Origin: a virus
Length of the DNA stretch: 64,000 nt
IMG/VR virus record: IMGVR_UViG_3300050821_010639
Coordinates: 1 to 64,000 of that record
Direction: 5' to 3' (one strand)
The notes beneath the pieces were generated by a model. That model worked only from the letters and a program-made list of their open reading frames with translations, searched no databases and was not told where the DNA came from. Positions 7,086 through 14,956 of this stretch are shown piece by piece. The number at the start of each line of letters is the position of its first letter. Within the stretch, counting starts at the first letter, position 1. A program made the position numbers and the translations under genes.

Positions 7086-7187
7086 ATAACCAGGCTCGCG
7101 GGCTCAGTGTCAGCTGTCCCGCCCCGCCTGGCCGCGGTCTGACAACCGCTTGCGCGACCCGCGGATTAGCGGTCCGCGTCCGCACCG

Positions 7188-7259
7188 AGGGGATGACGGG
7201 AATCGAACCCGCATCTGCTGATTGGAAGTCAGTCATCCTTGCCGTTGGACGACATCCCC
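7188..7259 (-). tRNA. tRNA-Gly(TCC)
   Basis: Cloverleaf; loop CT-TCC-AA. Confidence 0.9.
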
Positions 7260-7463
7260 ATGTCCCGAGGCCCCGCCGGTCCAGAGCAAGGTACGACCCG
7301 CTTGCAGCAGGTCTCCCAGGGTGCCGGCGACGTTATGAGGTGCCTCGGGCGGCGCGAAGTCCGGCCCATTGCAATGGGCCGGCTTACCCGGAGGAGCGCT
7401 ACTCTCCGGGCCGTATCCCCCCGGGTAGCCTATGGCTGGGCAGCCGGGCGGGGCGTCGTGCCG

Positions 7464-7539
7464 TGGTGGCTGCGGAGGCGATCGAATCCTCGACCTGTCC
7501 CTTTTCAGGGGACCGCTCTCCCAACTGAGCTACACAGCC
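7464..7539 (-). tRNA. tRNA-Phe(GAA)
   Basis: Cloverleaf; loop CT-GAA-AA; CCA. Confidence 0.85.
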
Positions 7540-7550
7540 ATGAACTTACG

Positions 7551-7622
7551 TCGGGACACAGGGACTCGGACCCCGTCTGCCTGCTCCCAAAACAGGCGCG
7601 CTAACCCTTACGCGATATCCCG
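7551..7622 (-). tRNA. tRNA-Pro(TGG)
   Basis: Cloverleaf; loop TT-TGG-GA; T loop variant TCCGAGT. Confidence 0.8.
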
Positions 7623-7630
7623 TTGTTTCC

Positions 7631-7705
7631 GCAGGTGTCTTAACCAGGCCTAGACGATCCCGCCCCAACCGGGACAGGGGCGGGACTTGAACCCGCTTCT
7701 CCTGC
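7631..7705 (-). ncRNA. Circularly permuted anticodon-less tRNA mimic 1
   Basis: GCAGG-T arm(GCGGG UUCAAGU CCCGC)-closed acceptor hairpin-D arm(GUCU..AGAC)-CCUGC. Confidence 0.7.
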
Positions 7706-7784
7706 TGGTCGGGGTGGTGAGATTCGAACTCACGACCTCTGCGTCCCGAACGCAGCGCGCTCGACCAAGCTGCGCTACACCCCG
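7706..7784 (-). tRNA. tRNA-Pro(CGG)
   Basis: Cloverleaf; loop TT-CGG-GA; CCA. Confidence 0.9.
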
Positions 7785-7788
7785 AAAC

Positions 7789-7856
7789 CCGGCGCTCTTC
7801 CGTTGAGCTACCTGGCCCACGAGTGGACCCGGCAGGAGTCGAACCTGATCTACCGG
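7789..7856 (-). ncRNA. Circularly permuted anticodon-less tRNA mimic 2
   Basis: CCGG-T arm(CAGG UUCGACU CCUG)-closed acceptor-UA-GCUC AACGGAA GAGC-G-CCGG. Confidence 0.7.
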
Positions 7857-7858
7857 TG

Positions 7859-7932
7859 TGGAGAAGATCGGATTTGAACCGACGACACCCCGGTTGCGGG
7901 CCGGGTGCTCTTCCGGGCTGAGCTACATCCCC
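7859..7932 (-). tRNA. tRNA-Ala(CGC)
   Basis: Cloverleaf with G3:U70; loop CC-CGC-AA (C33). Confidence 0.85.
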
Positions 7933-7937
7933 ATGTT

Positions 7938-8015
7938 CAGGAAAGGTGTCCTGCCGTTAAACGAGCCGGGCGGATAAGCCCGGCCTCCCGAGTCGAACGG
8001 GAGACCCATTTCCTG
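7938..8015 (-). ncRNA. Circularly permuted anticodon-less tRNA mimic 3
   Basis: CAGGAAA-T arm(CUCCCG UUCGACU CGGGAG)-GCCGGGC UUAUCC GCCCGGC-D arm-UUUCCUG. Confidence 0.7.
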
Positions 8016-8017
8016 CG

Positions 8018-8090
8018 TGGAGCCTGCGGGACTTGAACCCGCGACCTTTTGCATGCCATGCAAACGCGCTTCCAGCTGCGCCAAGGCCCC
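8018..8090 (-). tRNA. tRNA-Ala(GGC)
   Basis: Cloverleaf with G3:U70; loop AT-GGC-AT. Confidence 0.9.
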
Positions 8091-8317
8091 GTGGAGGCCG
8101 GCCCCTTGCCCGGTGTGAACAGGCGGAAGGCCGGCCATCGCCCCCGTGGCCCTGGCAGAAGCACTCCGCACCAGGGCGTCAGGGAGTCTAGCTGGCACAG
8201 TGCCCGGTACAGGAACGTCTTGCGACGCCCCCAGCCTTTAACGGCTGCTGCTCCCCGGGAGTAGCTGCATTGTCTTTCACCGTGCCGAAAACTCGCGGCG
8301 GGTTGGCGCCCGCCGCA

Positions 8318-8388
8318 CGATGCTCACGCTGTGGAGTTCTCAAGATTCATTGACTTGCGCCGCCGTTGGCTTTCGCCGCGGGCGGCGG
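8318..8388 (-). promoter_or_regulatory. rrn-like leader: GAAA hairpin (boxB-like), boxA-like UCUUGAGAACUC and processing-stem 5' strand
   Basis: Minus strand GGC-GAAA-GCC hairpin then GAAUCUUGAGAACUCCACAGCGUGAGCAUCG, resembling actinobacterial 16S leaders (CUUGAGAACUCAACAGCGUG). Confidence 0.65.
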
Positions 8389-8391
8389 TCG

Positions 8392-8466
8392 CAGGGGAGG
8401 AGGGATTCGAACCCGCGCTGGCGTGGTTTTGGAGACCACCGCTCTGACCTTCTGAGCTACACCCCT
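8392..8466 (-). tRNA. tRNA-Trp(CCA)
   Basis: Cloverleaf; loop CT-CCA-AA; first tRNA of the array. Confidence 0.9.
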
Positions 8467-8485
8467 ATGTTCAGTTGTCTCACTG

Positions 8486-8519
8486 AAAAACCGCCCTGCC
8501 GAGAGTCTCGGGGGCGGTC
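8486..8519 (-). terminator. Intrinsic terminator (attenuator) upstream of the tRNA array
   Basis: GACCGCCCCCGAG-ACU-CUCGG-CA-GGGCGG-UUUUU. Confidence 0.75.
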
Positions 8520-8538
8520 TGCTGGTGCAGGTTGGCCG

Positions 8539-8655
8539 CTACACAACGACCGCCTTGTTCGTCGGGATGCAGTTGTCTTCGGGCAGCGTGGCGGCTGCGG
8601 GGGCGTGGAAGTACCACCCTCGGAGCTGCTGCTTGCTCGGTGACCTTGACATCAT
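8539..8655 (-). CDS. 38-aa leader peptide containing all 20 amino acids
   Basis: MMSRSPSKQQLRGWYFHAPAAATLPEDNCIPTNKAVVV*; its 3' end forms an antiterminator with the terminator 5' arm. Confidence 0.7.
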   Translation of the reverse strand: MMSRSPSKQQLRGWYFHAPAAATLPEDNCIPTNKAVVV

Positions 8656-8723
8656 GGTCCTCACGGTAGCGGAGCGGGCCTTCCCGCGCCAGTTCTTTGC
8701 GCCCCCGGAGGGGCCATGTCTCC

Positions 8724-8753
8724 AAGGTACTACCCTGCTTGACTGGTGTCAAG
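8724..8753 (-). promoter_or_regulatory. Sigma70-type promoter TTGACA-17-TACCTT overlapping palindrome CTTGACTGGTGTCAAG
   Basis: -35 at 8747-8752, -10 at 8724-8729. Confidence 0.7.
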
Positions 8754-9030
8754 CTAAATCCAGGGGGATTTCTGGCTGGGTAAAGAAGCTGGTCACAGCC
8801 CCGCTGGCCACCCCGCTACGGTCGGCGTCCACCGCCCGGCGCACGGCCGGGTGCATGGACGCGCGGATCTCGACCGGGCTCAGCCGCACCAGCCTGGCGG
8901 CCACCATCGCGTCGGCCAGGCGCTCGGGGAAGGTCCCGGCGCGCGCAGCCAGGTGACCCATGTCCTCCTGGAGGTCTTCCTCGGTGAGGCTGGCCGCGTA
9001 CTCAACCAGGACCTCGAACGGGACGCTCAC
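8749..9030 (-). CDS. Hypothetical protein
   Basis: GTG start with GGAG RBS (MSVPFEVLVEY...). Confidence 0.6.
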   Translation of the reverse strand: MSVPFEVLVEYAASLTEEDLQEDMGHLAARAGTFPERLADAMVAARLVRLSPVEIRASMHPAVRRAVDADRSGVASGAVTSFFTQPEIPLDLA

Positions 9031-9172
9031 CGTTTTTCTCCGTACAGTCTCGTTCGGAATCGTTCGCGAGGGCGACAGCACGCCGCCGACACGGCACACT
9101 GGAAGTGCCTCGTCTGGAGCACGGATGGGCGGACGGTAATGCGGAGGGGCCGGGATGCAGCCTGGCCCCTCT

Positions 9173-11140
9173 TTACTGTGTGTAGTCCCCGCTCATCGTG
9201 CCCCAGTCGTCCAGGTAGCTGCTGCCGTACTCCATGCCGGGGCGGTCGGGGGGCATGAACTGGTCGGGGCCGAGCGCCGACATGCCGGCCGGCATCCCCG
9301 CCGGAAGGGGAATCTCGGCGGCCGGGCCGTAGAACGAGATCTGGCCGGGGTAGGCCCGCTTGCCGGCCGGGTCCTCCATGCCGCCGATGCTCAGCGCGCC
9401 GACCACCGCGCCGGCGAGGCTGTCGGCCTCGTCCTTGGAGGAGTCTCCCAGGTGGTCGATCTTCCCGTTGGGCAAACGGGACAGGCCGAGCAGCTCGATG
9501 ACGGTCAGCTCGCGGGCGGGCATCTCCAGGCGGCCCTCGTACATGACGTCGCGCAGCGTCCTCCAGCCCTCCTCAGAGACATCTGTAGAAAACCTGTCCG
9601 TCTCAATGCCGTGGCTTTCGAGTATTTGCATACTATCTTTCGATTGCCATTGATCAAATGAGAAGAACGTCACCGGGAAGCCCATCCGGCGCAGCTCCAG
9701 GCACAGCATGCGCGCCCAGCGGATCTGGATCTCCATCGGGGGCCGCGCGCCGGCGTCAGCCTCGTAGCTGATGGTGAAGTCGACCTTGACGACCGGGCGG
9801 CGCTCCTGCACCTTGATCTCCAGGCCGTCCTCGTCGTTGCCGGTCAGCGCGTGGTCCTGCCAGCGCTTGACGTGCGCCATGGTAATGCCGGCGCGGTCGC
9901 CGGTAGCCGCCAGGTCGGCGTGCATGGCGTAGAGCGCGCCCTTGACCGGGTAGCACTCGGGGCTGAAGGTGTAGACCGGCTTCCAGGACGCGCCCTCGCG
10001 GATGTAGCTCACCGCCAGGGGCGGCTGGGCGTACTCGGTCAGGCACTCGCGGATGGCTTCCTCGTTGGCGAAGTACGGGTTGATCGCCCGGCGGGGCTTG
10101 CACTCGTACTTGGCCTCGGCCAGCGCCGGGTCCTTCTCGTAGTCCTCGGCGAACGCCTCCTTACCGGAGATGCGCGGGTTGGCCTCCCAGGTGGCCAGCG
10201 GGCCGGACACGTAGTACCGGCTCTTCTCGCCGCGTGCCTCGTTGTCCGCCTTGCCCCTGGCGACCAGCTGCTGGATGGTGCTGCCCAGGTAGCGCGGGTA
10301 GGAGATGTGGACGTTCTTAAAGCACTCGGGGAACCGGGTGGTGGCCGAGGTCCGGATCATGTCGAGGATGGCCTCGGCGCTGCTGCTCGACTCACGCTGC
10401 TTGGCGGAGGAGTTACGGGCCAGCTCGGCCGCGGACCGGAACGCGTCGATCTCGTCGGCGATGCCGAGGATGAGGTTGAGGCCCTCCTGGCTGTCGGCGT
10501 CGGAGTGACCGGAGACGGCCTCGATGTTGTGCTCGAACCGGATGGTGTCCAGCAGGGTGACAGTGCGCTCCCCGCGGGCGCTGCGCTGCTGACGGGCGGA
10601 GGCGTCCAGGATGTCGATGCCGGCGTTGCGCTGGAACCAGCAGCCCGACCGCTGCACGGCGCGGCGCATCGGGGCGAAGAACGCGCGCTGGGCTTGCTTC
10701 GACGATGATGCGACATTCAGGACGTGGATCGAGTCCTGTTCGGGCATCTGGTAGTAATCCTGCGGGGACTTCAGGCACAGCAACAGGTAGCAGACCCGCA
10801 TGGCGATCATCCGGCAGGTGTGGTCCTTGCCCCCGCCCTTGCCCCACTCCAGCTCCAGGAAGTTGACCATGCGGCACGGCGCCGACCAGTAGTCGCGCAC
10901 CTTCTTGTCCGCGCTGGCCGCCAGCAGCTCGTAGGTCGGCAGGTAGAAGACACGCTCGGCGTGCCGCACCGCCTCGTACTGCACGTCTGACAGCGGCGGG
11001 TTGGCCAGGTAGGCCCGGTCCCGCACGAACACGTCAAGCGGGACCGGCTCCTCCTCGAAGATGCCAGTCCCGCTCGCCGACGTCCCCGTGCCGCCGGACC
11101 GCCCAAGCAGGGCCGCGGCGGCTGCGCCAGCAGTGGCCAC
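9173..11140 (-). CDS. Phage terminase large subunit
   Basis: Walker A WGKGGGKD, Walker B LGIADEID, RNase H-like nuclease HADLA..GD, FDQWQS, KIDH...SKDEADS. Confidence 0.85.
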   Translation of the reverse strand: MATAGAAAAALLGRSGGTGTSASGTGIFEEEPVPLDVFVRDRAYLANPPLSDVQYEAVRHAERVFYLPTYELLAASADKKVRDYWSAPCRMVNFLELEWGKGGGKDHTCRMIAMRVCYLLLCLKSPQDYYQMPEQDSIHVLNVASSSKQAQRAFFAPMRRAVQRSGCWFQRNAGIDILDASARQQRSARGERTVTLLDTIRFEHNIEAVSGHSDADSQEGLNLILGIADEIDAFRSAAELARNSSAKQRESSSSAEAILDMIRTSATTRFPECFKNVHISYPRYLGSTIQQLVARGKADNEARGEKSRYYVSGPLATWEANPRISGKEAFAEDYEKDPALAEAKYECKPRRAINPYFANEEAIRECLTEYAQPPLAVSYIREGASWKPVYTFSPECYPVKGALYAMHADLAATGDRAGITMAHVKRWQDHALTGNDEDGLEIKVQERRPVVKVDFTISYEADAGARPPMEIQIRWARMLCLELRRMGFPVTFFSFDQWQSKDSMQILESHGIETDRFSTDVSEEGWRTLRDVMYEGRLEMPARELTVIELLGLSRLPNGKIDHLGDSSKDEADSLAGAVVGALSIGGMEDPAGKRAYPGQISFYGPAAEIPLPAGMPAGMSALGPDQFMPPDRPGMEYGSSYLDDWGTMSGDYTQ

Positions 11141-11143
11141 CCG

Positions 11144-11311
11144 CTACCAGCGCCGCCCGTCCGGCGCCCAGACCCGGAACGCGGCCCAGGCGGCGAGGAA
11201 GACCAGGCCGACGAAGCCGATGGACAGCAGGTGGCTGACCGAGATGGTCTTGTCCACCCAGCCGAGGATGGCGGCGATGAGGAAGATGACTCCCGCGATG
11301 ACTGCGAACAT
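11144..11311 (-). CDS. Small two-TM membrane protein (55 aa)
   Basis: MFAVIAGVIFLIAAILGW...; fills the gap between neighbours. Confidence 0.65.
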   Translation of the reverse strand: MFAVIAGVIFLIAAILGWVDKTISVSHLLSIGFVGLVFLAAWAAFRVWAPDGRRW

Positions 11312-11313
11312 GA

Positions 11314-12108
11314 CTACCAGTCCCTCCTGGGCTCGGAGCCCGGCCGGTGCAGCGGGCCGCCGCTGTGGCTGTTGTCGCCGAAGTGCTGGTGGTCGTGCTC
11401 GTGCGTGGCGCCGACCGCGTGCGCGTGGCTGTGGGTGCCGGTCATCGGCGCGTGGTGCATCGCCACCCCGCCAGCCGCCTGCTTGGCCAGGGCCACCATC
11501 GACGCGGCTGCCTTCTCGTGCCCCTCGTCGGTCCCGCCGAAGCCGGGCAGCGACTTGACGTCCACGCCCAGTTCGCGGGCCCGCTTGCGGATCAGGGCCT
11601 TGGCCGCGCCGGCGTCACCGTGCCCGGAGGCGGCCAGCACCGCAGCCGAGTGCAGGTGCTTCTTGTCCTCGATCGGGTAGCTGCCGTCAGCCAGCGCGTG
11701 CCCCTTGCCGGCGGCCTTTTTGCGCCCCTCGGCGGTCTCGCTCTCCGGAGTCAGGGTGACCAGGGCGATGTCCTGCCCCGGGCGCCCGGCCAGGATGACC
11801 GCGATCGACTCCGCCAGCTGCGTGGCCTTGATGTTCTTGTCGCTTTTCGCGCACATCGCGGCAGCGCGCTTGGGCGGGACGTTCCGCTTCACCATCGCCT
11901 TGTAGGTGGCGTGGCCCGTGTGCTCACCGCCGTCGCCCCCGTCATCGTCGCCGGAGCCGCCGCCCTTGGACTTGCCGTCCTCGTCATCGGCGGCGAGCAG
12001 CAGGGCCAGTTCCCCGGAGGCGACCTGGACGGCGAGCAGCAGCCCGGCGTCCAGGTCCGGGGCCGACGGGACGGCCCCGGACAGTTCAAGGATCTTCTCC
12101 AGCGACAC
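11314..12108 (-). CDS. Hypothetical phage protein, His-rich C-terminus
   Basis: Contains ALADGSYPI...AKALIRKRARELG segment seen in phage proteins; GGAGG RBS before GTG. Confidence 0.65.
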   Translation of the reverse strand: MSLEKILELSGAVPSAPDLDAGLLLAVQVASGELALLLAADDEDGKSKGGGSGDDDGGDGGEHTGHATYKAMVKRNVPPKRAAAMCAKSDKNIKATQLAESIAVILAGRPGQDIALVTLTPESETAEGRKKAAGKGHALADGSYPIEDKKHLHSAAVLAASGHGDAGAAKALIRKRARELGVDVKSLPGFGGTDEGHEKAAASMVALAKQAAGGVAMHHAPMTGTHSHAHAVGATHEHDHQHFGDNSHSGGPLHRPGSEPRRDW

Positions 12109-12230
12109 CGTGCCTCCCGGGAGCAAGCGGATTCCGCCCGGGTAATCGGACTGCCGCTAAACTGAGCGACGGCTGACTCGGCAGCCTGTCCCGGCCTGGC
12201 CGGGCAAGTGCGGCTCAGCCCACCCGGGGC

Positions 12231-14048
12231 CTACTTCTTGACGGTCTTGCCGGCGGTCGTGGCGTGCGTGGCCGGGCCGGGGGCCTTCTTAGGTGGCGCG
12301 GCCGGGTGGGCGGCCAGGTGCTGCAAGTGCTCCAGGTGGAGCGCGTGAAGGTGCTGCAAGTGCTCCAGGTGGAGAACGTGCATCTCGTGCAGGTGGTGTG
12401 ACTCCGGGGTCGGGTGCCCGGCAGGCGGGTGCGCGGAGCCAGGGTAGGCCCTGGGCCTGGCCGCGCCCGTGCTGTGCCCGGCGCTGGTGCCCGCTGACTT
12501 GCCCGCGGCCACGGCCAGCTCCAGCCGCTCGACCGCGCTCAGCCTCGCGGGCCCGTTCGGGTTGTCACTGCCGGCCTGAGCGTAGACGTGCGAGCTGACC
12601 GTCTTGCCGCCAGCCTGCATTCGCGACGCGGCGTCCGCCGTGACGGTCATGTTCCCCATGTCGGCCAGCGCCCGCACGTGCGCGTGGATGTGCCGGGCCA
12701 GGTGGTGCGCCCCGGCCTCGCGCGCGATCATGACGGCCCGCAGCGCGGACTGGGCGGCCCCGCTGCGGTTGGTGCCCAGCATGTCCCGTGCCCGGTTCAG
12801 GTAGGCGTCCAGCCGGGCCTTGTCGAGCGCGGGCATGGCGTTCAGCTCGGCCGCCGCCCGCGACTCGGTGACGTTCATCAGGTCCTCGGGCGGCTGGATG
12901 AGCGGCGTCGCGCCCGAGGTGTCGGACTCCGCGGGCTCGGACACGTCCTTGCCCGTGACCACCGCCAGCGCGAGGCGGTCCAGTGCGCTCATGTCACCCT
13001 CCGTCATCCGGGCCATCTGGCTCGGGCCGTTGAAAACGCCGTGGAAGTACCGCTTGCGGATGCGGTCGGACAGCGCGCCCAGCGCCTGCTCCGCCTTCCG
13101 CCAGGCCATGGTCTTGTCATAGCCCTGCTTCATCGCCGTCGTAGCCGAGGACTGCCCTGCCGGCGGGATGCGGGTGAACACGTTGGCGGTGTAAGCCGAG
13201 GGCAGCATGTTCCCCAGGTCAGCCTTGTGCGCCGCGTACATGGCCGCCTGGGCGCTGCGCATCATGCCCAGTGCCTCCAGCGGGTTGTCCTTGTTCAGCT
13301 TCCAGGCGGCCTGCTCCAGGAACTTCCTCGCGGTGTCGCTCAGGTCCTTCTGGCTGCACTCGGGAACCAGCGGGATGACCGCCTTCACCTCGGCCGCGGT
13401 CGGCAACGCCACGACCGGCGGCAGCGGCGGGCTCGGGCTGATGGCCTGCACCGGGTTCTGGTAGAGACCGTACTGGGAATACCGCCCGCCAGGTGGCGGC
13501 GGCACGAGGAACGGGCGCGCGCCCGGGGCCGTCGCCACCGCCAGCCCGACGGCTGAGGCGGCAGCGTGGTGCTCGTGCGCCTCGGCCTTCTCCTTCTCCC
13601 ACTCGGCCACGTTCTTCGCCGCGGCGGCCCGCACGTCCGGGTGGGTGCGCTTGCCCTTGCCGCTCTTGGTCTTCCAGCCGCCCGGGTTGACGCCCGCCGC
13701 CCACTTCTTGACGATGCCGACGGCGACCCCGTACGCGTCGTGCTTGCCGTAGCGCTCCACCAGGTGCGGGTACAGGTGCTCCACGTACGGGGGGAGGTGA
13801 TGGCCCTTCATGTGGAACAGGCCGGGCCCGCCCGGGGGCACCGTCGGCTTGACGACGGTCGACGCCTCGGGCGTGTGCGGCGTGAACTTGACTAGTGCCC
13901 CGCCGCCCGTTGCCGGCCTGCAATGCAGGTCAGGGTGGTCACGCCCGCCCTTGTCCACGTGTCGGTACCACGGGCACTCGCGCAGCAGGTGGTCATGCGC
14001 CTCGCGCTCATCGTGCGCCGCCTCCAGCAGCTCCAGGGCTCCCGCCAT
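12231..14048 (-). CDS. Hypothetical phage protein (605 aa)
   Basis: Long ORF with typical codon bias; LEHLQHL repeats near C-terminus. Confidence 0.7.
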   Translation of the reverse strand: MAGALELLEAAHDEREAHDHLLRECPWYRHVDKGGRDHPDLHCRPATGGGALVKFTPHTPEASTVVKPTVPPGGPGLFHMKGHHLPPYVEHLYPHLVERYGKHDAYGVAVGIVKKWAAGVNPGGWKTKSGKGKRTHPDVRAAAAKNVAEWEKEKAEAHEHHAAASAVGLAVATAPGARPFLVPPPPGGRYSQYGLYQNPVQAISPSPPLPPVVALPTAAEVKAVIPLVPECSQKDLSDTARKFLEQAAWKLNKDNPLEALGMMRSAQAAMYAAHKADLGNMLPSAYTANVFTRIPPAGQSSATTAMKQGYDKTMAWRKAEQALGALSDRIRKRYFHGVFNGPSQMARMTEGDMSALDRLALAVVTGKDVSEPAESDTSGATPLIQPPEDLMNVTESRAAAELNAMPALDKARLDAYLNRARDMLGTNRSGAAQSALRAVMIAREAGAHHLARHIHAHVRALADMGNMTVTADAASRMQAGGKTVSSHVYAQAGSDNPNGPARLSAVERLELAVAAGKSAGTSAGHSTGAARPRAYPGSAHPPAGHPTPESHHLHEMHVLHLEHLQHLHALHLEHLQHLAAHPAAPPKKAPGPATHATTAGKTVKK

Positions 14049-14068
14049 GCCCTGGTAATCGCCCGCGG

Positions 14069-14455
14069 CTACCCGGGCGTGCCCAAGGTGACGTCCTTGA
14101 AACCGCTCTTCTCCCAGTACCGCAGGTTGGCGCGGCGCATGTCGTCGGGGTAGTGCGCCAGCAGCGCCACCGCCGCGGCCTCGTACGGCTCGAACACGGC
14201 CATGCAGCCCTCAACAGGGTCCTCAGCGGTCCCGCACACCCGGCAGGGCAGGAACTGCGCGTCCGACTCGCGCTCCCACTCAGCCTTGCGCTCCGGGTCG
14301 TTACGGTACTTACGCAGCTCCTCGCGGAACTTTTCCTCCAGCGGGGCCAGCTGCAGGTCGCGGATAGCGGCCTGCAGCATCTCGGACGGGCTCAGGCCGT
14401 GGCCCTTGAGGAACTTGTACTGGTCACCAGGCAGGTAGACAGAGACATTCGGCAT
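14069..14455 (-). CDS. Small protein with RHH-like N-terminus
   Basis: MPNVSVYLP...SPSEMLQAAIRD; CxxC; promoter TTGACG-18-TAGTGT just upstream. Confidence 0.55.
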   Translation of the reverse strand: MPNVSVYLPGDQYKFLKGHGLSPSEMLQAAIRDLQLAPLEEKFREELRKYRNDPERKAEWERESDAQFLPCRVCGTAEDPVEGCMAVFEPYEAAAVALLAHYPDDMRRANLRYWEKSGFKDVTLGTPG

Positions 14456-14515
14456 GCACATACACTATGCGTGTACTTGTACCCCCGTCAAGCTCCTGGG
14501 TCCAGGTGTCCGCCA

Positions 14516-14956
14516 TCAGGCCCCGCTCAGCGCCTCAACGAACTTGTCCTGCAGCAGCGCGCGCAGCGCCCCGTCGTCCACCTCGTCCAGCACCGCCAGG
14601 AAGACGTCGCGGACCTTCTCCGGGGCGAGGCCTCCGGGGTCAGTGCGCTTGCTCTTCAGCCGCACGTCGTCCCAGGTCTTGGCGATGGCCTCCCAGGCGA
14701 GGATGGCGTCCTTCTCCTGGCCCGGGTGCTGGTAGCCGTCGTCGGTGCCGTAACCGCGCCTGCTGACCTGCTGGTGCTTGAAGAACCAGTTGAGCATCAC
14801 CGACGTGCGCATGATCTGCGCGACCGACATGTCCAGGCCCTCGCACTCGCGGCGCGCGGTCGCGTAGAACTCCTCGTACCCGGTACGAAGGTCGGCGTCC
14901 TCTACGCTCTTCGGGCAGGTGAACAGCCCGTCGAACTTGTCCCAGTCACTAGCCAC
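14516..14956 (-). CDS. Hypothetical protein
   Basis: 146-aa ORF in operon context. Confidence 0.65.
   Translation of the reverse strand: MASDWDKFDGLFTCPKSVEDADLRTGYEEFYATARRECEGLDMSVAQIMRTSVMLNWFFKHQQVSRRGYGTDDGYQHPGQEKDAILAWEAIAKTWDDVRLKSKRTDPGGLAPEKVRDVFLAVLDEVDDGALRALLQDKFVEALSGA

Noticed and set aside
8661-8717. 18-aa uORF MAPPGAQRTGAGRPAPLP at the predicted TSS
   Set aside because: Could be leaderless, but its composition is typical of random GC-rich sequence; insufficient support.
3291-8752. ORF-track ORFs overlapping the tRNA array (e.g. 3410-3739, 6348-6908, 8480-8752)
   Set aside because: Shadow frames over tRNAs and regulatory RNA; only the LAGLIDADG, the two micro-ORFs and the leader peptide look real.
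12316-12400. Direct repeat GGTGCTGCAAGTGCTCCAGGTGGAG
   Set aside because: Encodes a His/Leu peptide repeat; no sign of a non-coding role.
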